Assembly: GCA_965219535.1 (NCBI GenBank)
Contig: CBDCNV010000001.1
Location: 1,350,001 to 1,382,000 of the forward strand
Source: Opitutales bacterium
GTDB taxonomy: Bacteria > Verrucomicrobiota > Verrucomicrobiia > Opitutales > PNEW01
Direction of reading: 5' to 3'
DNA: 32,000 bases
In this document: piece after piece, positions 25,381 to 32,000 of the stretch
Layout of the letters: each line of letters begins with the position of its first letter
Numbering within the stretch: position 1 is the first letter of the stretch
Notes under the pieces: model-generated
Told to the model about the DNA's origin: nothing
The model's input: the letters and a program-made list of their open reading frames with translations, nothing else
Database searches by the model: none
Program-made: the position numbers and the translations under genes

Positions 25381-27058
25381 TCTACATCCCGCACTCTTTC
25401 TAATCCTTGGTGGCCTAATCCTGCCCTTGTTTCGCGGGAAAGTTCGCCAGGCTTTGCTTATTATTTTTCCGCTCTTAGGGTTTATTAATTTATTAGGCCA
25501 TGAGAGTGGTAATTTTTGGAGTTTATATTTTGGAGGCTATGACCTCGAGGTCTTACGCGTTGACAAATTGAGCTTGATCTTTGGCTACCTCTTTCACCTC
25601 GCGGCTCTACTAGCCGCGATATACTCTCTGCATCTGAAAGACGGTCTTCAGCATATGACCGGGTTTATGTACGCGGGATCTGCGGTGGGTGCTGTTTTTG
25701 CTGGAGATCTGCTTACCTTATTTATCTTCTGGGAGTTGCTGGCGATTACTTCGGTCTTTCAAATCTGGGCGCGGCGCTCATCTCGCTCCGGTGCATCGGG
25801 GCTTCGCTACTTGCTCGTTCACGTGACCTCGGGACTCTTCTTATTAACGGGGGCAGCAATTCAGTACCAGAATACGGGTTCACTCTCCTTTAAACACATG
25901 GAGCTCGCGAGTTGGTCATCGTACTTCATCTTTATTGCTTTTGGTATTAAGTGCGCATTTCCCCTGTTGCACACCTGGCTTGTAGACAGTTATCCGGAAG
26001 CTACGCCCACCGGTACGGTGTTTCTGTCCTCCTTCACGACGAAGACCGCGGTCTATGCTCTCGCACGCGGTTTTGAGGGAACAGAGCAGCTCATCTGGAT
26101 TGGAGCACTGATGACAATGTTTCCAATTTTTTACGCGGTGATCGAGAATGATTTACGCCGCGTTCTCGGTTACAGTATGATTAACCAGATTGGTTTTATG
26201 GTTGCAGGCATCGGTCTCGGCGCAGGTATGGGTGTTAACGGCGCGGTCGCTCACGCATTTAATGATGTTATTTTCAAAGGGTTGCTCTTTATGTCGATGG
26301 GCGCAGTACTTTTTAGAACTGGTCGTATTAACGGCTCCGACCTCGGTGGGCTCTACAAGTCCATGCCCTTTACAACCGGCTTTTGTATCGTAGGCGCTTC
26401 ATCAATTTCCGCTTTTCCCCTCTTCAGTGGATTTGTCAGCAAGTCGATGGTGATGCAATCCGCGGCAGACCAGGGACACCTGGTTATCTGGCTGATGCTT
26501 CTATTTGCTTCCGCCGGGGTCTTTCACCATGCGGGAATCAAGATTCCCTTCTTTGCTTTTTTCTCTAAAGACTCTGGCATCCGTTGTAAAGAGGCGCCGA
26601 TCAATATGCTTTTCGCGATGTGGGTGGGTGCATTCCTCTGCATCTTTATTGGCTGCTACCCAAAGCCGCTCTACAGTATGTTACCTTATCCGGTCGACTA
26701 TCTACCGTATACAGCGACACATGTGCTTTTACAATTACAAGTGCTATTTTTCTCCGCCTTGGCATTCGCCTATTTAAAATTGTCGGGAACTTATCCACCT
26801 GAATTAAAATCAGTGAATATCGATATCGACTGGATATATCGCCGCCTGTTGCCGGGCTTCGCCAGCGCGGTGTTGCGTGTGTATACTCCGCTGAGGATTA
26901 AAATTATCAATACCTGCAGAAGTCAAATTGACCGGGGGTTCGCCTTGATTCATCGCCATCACGGTCCAGAGGGTATATTCGAGCGAACATGGCTGACCGG
27001 CAGTATAGTACTGATGGTCACCATAGCCCTCGCGGCTTATTTGATTTATTATTTTTAA
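25370..27058 (+). CDS. MrpA N-terminal-like / MrpD-like antiporter subunit (NuoL/M family), copy 3
   Basis: 562 aa. LHTWLVDSYPEA and GYSMINQIGFM segments plus a C-terminal extension with extra TM helices. Confidence 0.75.
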   Translation: MSINLHPALFLILGGLILPLFRGKVRQALLIIFPLLGFINLLGHESGNFWSLYFGGYDLEVLRVDKLSLIFGYLFHLAALLAAIYSLHLKDGLQHMTGFMYAGSAVGAVFAGDLLTLFIFWELLAITSVFQIWARRSSRSGASGLRYLLVHVTSGLFLLTGAAIQYQNTGSLSFKHMELASWSSYFIFIAFGIKCAFPLLHTWLVDSYPEATPTGTVFLSSFTTKTAVYALARGFEGTEQLIWIGALMTMFPIFYAVIENDLRRVLGYSMINQIGFMVAGIGLGAGMGVNGAVAHAFNDVIFKGLLFMSMGAVLFRTGRINGSDLGGLYKSMPFTTGFCIVGASSISAFPLFSGFVSKSMVMQSAADQGHLVIWLMLLFASAGVFHHAGIKIPFFAFFSKDSGIRCKEAPINMLFAMWVGAFLCIFIGCYPKPLYSMLPYPVDYLPYTATHVLLQLQVLFFSALAFAYLKLSGTYPPELKSVNIDIDWIYRRLLPGFASAVLRVYTPLRIKIINTCRSQIDRGFALIHRHHGPEGIFERTWLTGSIVLMVTIALAAYLIYYF

Positions 27059-27080
27059 ATAGTAATCAGTGAGCAGATTA

Positions 27081-27116
27081 GCTTCGTTTTCGTCTGCCTC
27101 GTCGTCTTCGTCGTCC
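27081..27116 (-). repeat. hexamer word array, inverted copy of the 113-144 unit
   Basis: The reverse complement is ggacgacgaagacgacgaggcagacgaaaacgaagc. Positions 27081-27112 are 30/32 identical to 113-144. Confidence 0.85.
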
Positions 27117-27291
27117 CTTCAGATTGTATTTGAAAATATTAACTCTAAATTATTTCAAGCCAAGGTGGAACGCGGTGTCTCTACCGCGTTTAATGACTTC
27201 AAAACTGAAGAAGCGTGCTAGGGATCAGCCGTCGCCAAGGCTATGTCGGACAGGCAGCCCGCTCCACCCTAATAAGGTCGTAAATAATTAT

Positions 27292-27310
27292 GGACGAAGA
27301 CGAAGATGAT
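27292..27310 (+). repeat. GACGAA hexamer words, inverted partner of 27081-27116
   Basis: Sequence is ggacgaagacgaagatgat. Confidence 0.7.
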
Positions 27311-27354
27311 TGTTAAAAAAATCGACCAACATTCCATTCAACCACCGATCGACT

Positions 27355-28104
27355 CTACCCCCACTGGGTCTTTATCCAAGTGACAACATTTTCCACCATC
27401 AAGGGAGCATTTTCATCGGCAAAAACATGATTGGAACCCTCGAGCTTAACCAACTCCTTCGGTTCATTGGCTTTTGCAAAAATGTCTAAAGAGTCTTGAA
27501 TGGGAACGACATCATCTTCGGTGCCATGAACCAATAACCAAGGCACCTTTATCTGTGACGCCAGATTAACAACGCTGTCGGTCTTTGCCATATCGTCCAG
27601 ATAAATTTGTGAAAGCGGGCAGTCGGGTTCGTCCCACATAAAACCATCGTCTGGTGTGACATCGCCAAACTCCCGATCAGCAAAACCTTTCGTATCAACC
27701 ATGCCCGCGAGGGAAATTAAATATTTTATTCTCTCATCGGTGCTTGTTCGAATCACCCCCACGGCACCACCCATGCTATGACCAGCGTAACATACGGTGT
27801 AATCGTTTAATTGATCGAGGATGCAGCCCAGATCTGAAACTTCCTTGGTGATCGTTGAGTCGGTAAAATTTCCCTCCGAATAACCATTCCCGGAAAAAGA
27901 AAAGCGCAATGAAGAAATGCCGGCTTGTGCGAGACCTTGTACCAGGGCGACGACAAAGGGCCGGTCTTTATTTCCTGTCACACCATGCCCGATAACAACG
28001 ATATGACCCGGATATTTATCTCCCTCTTGGAAACTGTAATCCAGCTTTTCATCCGAGTTGTTTTTTATCTCTTCTAACATCTTTATGAATTTTTTTTCTT
28101 CCAA
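27355..28104 (-). CDS. alpha/beta hydrolase
   Basis: 249 aa. GHSMGG nucleophile elbow and late Asp/His candidates (HGTEDDVV, SNHVF). Confidence 0.8.
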   Translation of the reverse strand: MEEKKFIKMLEEIKNNSDEKLDYSFQEGDKYPGHIVVIGHGVTGNKDRPFVVALVQGLAQAGISSLRFSFSGNGYSEGNFTDSTITKEVSDLGCILDQLNDYTVCYAGHSMGGAVGVIRTSTDERIKYLISLAGMVDTKGFADREFGDVTPDDGFMWDEPDCPLSQIYLDDMAKTDSVVNLASQIKVPWLLVHGTEDDVVPIQDSLDIFAKANEPKELVKLEGSNHVFADENAPLMVENVVTWIKTQWG

Positions 28105-28970
28105 TTATTGAGTGCGCGTTTCCAGGATTTATCGAGTTCCTTGTGGCAAACTTTTGCCTGTTCCCAACTGCTGGGGAAATTACTGAGATTGTAACCGCTA
28201 ATGTTAGAGCCAACCTCCGGAACAACCCAGATCTGACCATCGGGCTGCGGGCCCTCAAGCCACATAGCAAACATGTCATCAGTGAATTTTATCCAATCTT
28301 GAAATTCAGGAGTAAGCCGACCCTTATGATCGATTACCGGCACCTGGCAGTGATGGCCGTTAAAGGGGCGACAGTGAAAAAGACTAGAGCGTTGAAGGAG
28401 CTTGGGGTGATCGAGGAGTCGCGATGAATATTCATTCGGTCGCAAATGCTTGATAATCGCGGGATGTGAGTGATCCCAGGTAATAGGCATAAGTTTACCC
28501 GTTGCCTTTTTGTATCCACTGGCGATCCCATATAATTTTTCCGGTGTCTCCGTAGAGGTGTCGCGGTGAATTTCAATGTGAGCGCCCATCCCCAGACGAT
28601 CAGACTCTTGAATCATACGAACCGCGAGTTTGGTTGCAATCTTGATCGGGGTATCATGATCAGCTAACTGCACATTTACATAATGAGCACCTGTTGATTG
28701 AAGCTTTTTTAATTTACCCTTAAATTCAGAGGGTTTCATAGCATCGGTGGCGCCAAACAATTTTAGATCATATTTTTTAATTAACTTTTTCAATTCGCCG
28801 CTCGGACGCCACATCACTCCTTCGAAACCCGCGTCCTTTACCGCTTTAATTTTACGTTCGAGAGACCACTCTCGACTATGCGAGGGGTGGTCGACCATCG
28901 ACCACAGGGTGGCGCAGTGAACTATTATTGGATCGGGTTTTTTACGCTTATTTGTTTTTGATGATACCAT
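28083..28970 (-). CDS. sugar phosphate isomerase/epimerase-like TIM-barrel protein (xylose-isomerase-like fold)
   Basis: 295 aa from the ATG at 28970. The track start at 29087 would overlap the upstream gene. The family assignment is by general resemblance only (AGFEGV..., HIEIHRDT) and is tentative. Confidence 0.55.
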   Translation of the reverse strand: MVSSKTNKRKKPDPIIVHCATLWSMVDHPSHSREWSLERKIKAVKDAGFEGVMWRPSGELKKLIKKYDLKLFGATDAMKPSEFKGKLKKLQSTGAHYVNVQLADHDTPIKIATKLAVRMIQESDRLGMGAHIEIHRDTSTETPEKLYGIASGYKKATGKLMPITWDHSHPAIIKHLRPNEYSSRLLDHPKLLQRSSLFHCRPFNGHHCQVPVIDHKGRLTPEFQDWIKFTDDMFAMWLEGPQPDGQIWVVPEVGSNISGYNLSNFPSSWEQAKVCHKELDKSWKRALNNWKKKNS

Positions 28971-28980
28971 GATTTTATAC

Positions 28981-29904
28981 TTATCGTTTTGCTTTTTTCT
29001 TCGCGGACTTTTTCTTTTTTCCAAAATACCTACCTTTAAAGGTGAGTTCGGCCACCCCTGATTTATCGAGTTCGCCCAGCCCCACATTGACCAAAAGCTT
29101 ATATTGTTTGACCGTTGCCTCGTTGAGGGGGAGCTTGATTTTTACATCTCTCGCGAGGGAGGCGGCAATACCGGAGTCTTTAGCCGCATGTTCACAAGAG
29201 AAGTAACATTCATGATCACGATTTTGCATATCTTCGCCATCCGTCTCGAGGACGCGTGAATTTGCGCCGGTTTGGGAAAAGACTTCCTGCAGCAAATTCA
29301 AGTCGTGTTTCATCGCGGCACCTAAACCCAGACCCTCAGCCAGGGCTGCGGTGTTAATATTCATTACCATATTGACCAATGCTTTAACTTCCGCTGCCTT
29401 TCCGGGTCCACCAATGTAGCGCAAGTTACTGCTCATTTTACTAAGCATTACTTTTACCCGTTGAAAGGTTTCTTTTTTACCGCCGATCATCAAATAGAGG
29501 TTCCCCTGGCGCGCTTGTGGGATACTGGATGCCATACAAGCTTCCAAACTAAATGCTTTTACCCGTCTTGCCACGCGATCAATCTCAACGTGAACTTTTG
29601 GTGTCAGGGTTGCACAATTGATAAAAATCTTACCGCGCGCACTGGTGAGCAAGTTGTCATTTTTGTTGAAAAATATTCTGCGCATTGCTGCGTCATTAGT
29701 AACAACCGTAATTATGATATCTGATGCCGCGGTTACATCCGCAAGCTTTCTGCTGTGTTTAGCGCCCAATTCCTTTGCGACGGCTTCAGCTGTAATCCTG
29801 TTGACATCGTAAACCGAGGCGATTTTGTAACCGCAGTCATTCAGTCGGCGAGCCATGTTAGCGCCCATCCGTCCTACTCCAACGAATCCAATTTTTTTAG
29901 CCAT
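28981..29904 (-). CDS. NAD(P)-dependent dehydrogenase of the 3-hydroxyisobutyrate / 6-phosphogluconate dehydrogenase family
   Basis: 307 aa. N-terminal IGFVGVGRMGANMA Rossmann motif, a catalytic-region GGPGKAAEVKALVN-like segment, and an unusual Lys-rich C-terminal tail (GKKKKSAKKKAKR). Confidence 0.8.
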   Translation of the reverse strand: MAKKIGFVGVGRMGANMARRLNDCGYKIASVYDVNRITAEAVAKELGAKHSRKLADVTAASDIIITVVTNDAAMRRIFFNKNDNLLTSARGKIFINCATLTPKVHVEIDRVARRVKAFSLEACMASSIPQARQGNLYLMIGGKKETFQRVKVMLSKMSSNLRYIGGPGKAAEVKALVNMVMNINTAALAEGLGLGAAMKHDLNLLQEVFSQTGANSRVLETDGEDMQNRDHECYFSCEHAAKDSGIAASLARDVKIKLPLNEATVKQYKLLVNVGLGELDKSGVAELTFKGRYFGKKKKSAKKKAKR

Positions 29905-29942
29905 AGATATTTCTCCTTAAGGTTAATGAATAGTGGTTTTAA

Positions 29943-30779
29943 TTACTTAAATTCAGGGAAAAATGGATTGTGCGCTTTTTCTTCACCAACGGTAGACGGC
30001 GGACCGTGTCCGGGGCAGATTACCGTATCATCGGGAAGGGTGAGGATTTTCTTACGATTATTTTCCAAAGCTTCATTGTAGTGAGAGGCTGCACCGCCAA
30101 TGGATCCGGCAAAAAGGGAATCGCCGGTAATAGCGACCGGGGAATCAAGACCGGTTATAAGAAAGGTAGTTCCTCCTGGAGAGTGACCGTGAGTTAAAAA
30201 CGCGCTGATATTTAGACTTCCTACGGTTGTTTCCCACCCCTCGTCAATGGAATCTGATCCACTAGCTGGCTCGAGCCGATTAATATAGGTGGGAGGATTT
30301 CCCGTTTCCGATTTCAAGCGTTTGAGATCCGCAATGTGATCCCCGTGGGCATGAGTAAGCAATATTACTTTAATTGAAAGATTGAGTTGAGAAATTTTAT
30401 CTAAGATTGCTGATGCATCGGCACCGGAATCAAATATGGCAGCTTCATTAGTATTGGCGTCCCAAACGCTATAGGCATTGACGGTCATCTCACTGTAACC
30501 AGGAACAGGGTAGGGTGAATTAAAGCATGCCAGGCCTTCGATTGCGACAGGTTGGGGGTACCACGCCTTATTCCCCGAGACAACCAGCGCTTCGGCATCA
30601 AGGTTGAGACAGGGGGCTATTTTTCGAAGGGCGGGCTCATTAAATTCACCCGACTTCAATGCGTCGAGCAAGTGACGGTCAATTTCACTTTTCTCACATA
30701 ATTCTCTATTGCTCAGACCGAGACCAGCCTGAGATTTACCGAGAATATCCTCGCACAAATCTTCAATCGGAATACTCAT
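29943..30779 (-). CDS. metallo-beta-lactamase-fold hydrolase with an N-terminal HTH-like extension
   Basis: 278 aa. THAHGDH (HxHxDH) motif, downstream HGHSPG and GD..F motifs, PGHGP. The first 70 aa or so resemble a Cro/C1-type HTH (LGLSNRELCEKSEIDRHLL). Confidence 0.8.
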   Translation of the reverse strand: MSIPIEDLCEDILGKSQAGLGLSNRELCEKSEIDRHLLDALKSGEFNEPALRKIAPCLNLDAEALVVSGNKAWYPQPVAIEGLACFNSPYPVPGYSEMTVNAYSVWDANTNEAAIFDSGADASAILDKISQLNLSIKVILLTHAHGDHIADLKRLKSETGNPPTYINRLEPASGSDSIDEGWETTVGSLNISAFLTHGHSPGGTTFLITGLDSPVAITGDSLFAGSIGGAASHYNEALENNRKKILTLPDDTVICPGHGPPSTVGEEKAHNPFFPEFK

Positions 30780-31023
30780 AGTCCCATAAAATGAGTTCGA
30801 ACATGGTTCAAGAGGGGTAACTTTTTACACTATTGCATCTTTGACAAGGATATTTCATTCCGGATGGATAAAAGATTTTTATACGGCTGATTAGCATTGG
30901 GCTTGAAAGTTAAAGTTTTGAATTTGTTGAAATTAATCTTGAAATCACTGATCTATTCTGGGAATTAGAAACGGTCTTCCCCACTATACCCTCGATATAA
31001 ATCTATTTAATAAGAAAATATAA

Positions 31024-32000
31024 ATGATTGAGAATATATATTTCTTTATCGCTCCACTTGCGGCGGTAATAAGTCTTGTCTTTGCAGGGTTCTTTTACCG
31101 GCAGATGAAGGGTGAAAATGAAGGCACTGAAAAGATGATCAAAATTGCCTCACACGTGACGGCTGGTGCTCATGCTTATCTCAAGCAGCAATATAAAATT
31201 GTATTTTGGGCATTTCTCGTCCTGGTCATTGTATTTCTTTTTCTAGCCTTTGGTTTAAAGGTGCAAAGTCCCTGGGCGCCGCTAGCCTTCCTTACGGGTG
31301 GTTTGTTTTCCGGTTTAGCAGGATATTTTGGCATGAAGACGGCGACTGCGGCTGCGAGCAGAACGTCCGCAGCGGCACGCAACTCACTTGACCACGGCCT
31401 GAGAGTCGCCTTTCGGAGTGGAGCGGTCATGGGTTTATCGGTTGTCGGCCTTGGCCTGTTGGGTGTGACTCTCTGGTTTCTGGTCCTTACGGTTATTCAT
31501 CCCTTGAGTGAAGAAAACGGCGGCCTGCATCTTCTTATAATAACGACGACCATGCTCGCTTATGGAATGGGAGCCTCATTACAGGCATTATTTGCACGCG
31601 TAGGCGGAGGTATCTATACAAAAGCCGCCGATGTGGGAGCGGACCTCGTGGGAAAAGTCGAAGCCGGAATTCCTGAAGATGATGCACGCAATCCCGCGGT
31701 GATTGCCGACAATGTCGGCGATTTCGTCGGCGATGTCGCCGGCATGGGTGCAGACCTTTTTGAATCCTACTGTGGTTCTATTCTCGCGACGATGGCGCTG
31801 GGTGCTGCGGCTTTTATGGGTGATCTGGATATGCAGATCAAGGCGGTAATCGCTCCGATGGTCGTAGCTGGTACTGGAGCTATACTTTCCGTGCTTGGTG
31901 TGTTTTTCGTACGTGTAAAATCGGGTGCCGGACAGAAAGATTTATTACATGCACTTGATCGCGGTATTAATATAAGCGCGGTATTGGTTCTGATACTCTC
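31024..32000 (+). CDS. hppA: membrane-bound proton- or sodium-translocating pyrophosphatase, 5' partial (runs off the window)
   Basis: The frame stays open from the ATG at 31024 to the window end, so it is absent from the ORF track. Diagnostic segments are GGIYTKAADVGADLVGKVE, IPEDDARNPAVIADNVGD.VGDVAGMGADLFESY. Confidence 0.9.
   Translation, partial: MIENIYFFIAPLAAVISLVFAGFFYRQMKGENEGTEKMIKIASHVTAGAHAYLKQQYKIVFWAFLVLVIVFLFLAFGLKVQSPWAPLAFLTGGLFSGLAGYFGMKTATAAASRTSAAARNSLDHGLRVAFRSGAVMGLSVVGLGLLGVTLWFLVLTVIHPLSEENGGLHLLIITTTMLAYGMGASLQALFARVGGGIYTKAADVGADLVGKVEAGIPEDDARNPAVIADNVGDFVGDVAGMGADLFESYCGSILATMALGAAAFMGDLDMQIKAVIAPMVVAGTGAILSVLGVFFVRVKSGAGQKDLLHALDRGINISAVLVLIL

Noticed and set aside
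27124-27309. 61-aa ORF in the intergenic core after the Mrp operon
   Set aside because: It runs through hairpins and ends in the GACGAA word array (RRRR tail). It has no coding-like features and no start context.
28971-29087. N-terminal extension of the TIM-barrel ORF
   Set aside because: It overlaps the 3' end of the upstream dehydrogenase gene in another frame. The ATG at 28970 sits 10 nt after that gene's stop.
30780-31023. Sigma-70 promoter calls in the MBL/hppA divergent region (perfect TTGACA at about 30841)
   Set aside because: No acceptable -10 hexamer lies at 16-19 nt spacing, so the evidence is insufficient for a call.
31176-31430. 84-aa minus-strand and 61-aa plus-strand (31206-31391) ORFs
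   Set aside because: Both lie inside the clearly coding hppA frame, which is open to the window end and therefore missing from the track.

Overview
This window looks like a chromosomal segment from a moderately AT-rich Gram-negative bacterium. The gene content (LpxI, a split-MrpA Mrp operon, H+-pyrophosphatase, DUF1015, a PF05635 four-helix-bundle gene) hints at a PVC/Verrucomicrobia-like lineage, but that is a low-confidence inference. Most of the window is housekeeping. In order it carries: galE; an orphan sigma-54-dependent response regulator divergent from an M50 site-2 protease; a KAS-ACP-CrtI-like oxidoreductase trio; one IS481-family insertion sequence; clpS with an overlapping unknown ORF; lpxI; leuS; a large secreted protein of unknown function; yqgE/algH; the zinc-independent forms of L36 and L31; DUF1015; a tightly coupled 10-gene Mrp-type cation/proton antiporter operon; a 4-gene minus-strand metabolic cluster; and the 5' part of an H+-PPase gene. 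No rRNA, tRNA or CRISPR was recognised. The unusual signal is non-coding. Almost every intergenic region is built from dispersed tandem arrays of 6-8 nt 'words'. These arrays are often arranged as inverted arm pairs around a core. One pair encloses an intact 23S-rRNA-IVS/Avd-like four-helix-bundle gene. A second pair encloses the IS plus apparent relics of such a gene. A third pair encloses a transposase-less derivative of the same IS, which carries a 200-nt symmetric GC-rich palindromic cargo. Two further pairs enclose cores of about 175 nt with no gene. I propose this as a cassette-like, possibly mobile or RNA-processing element family. All calls rest on reading the sequence and the ORF track by eye, with no database searches.
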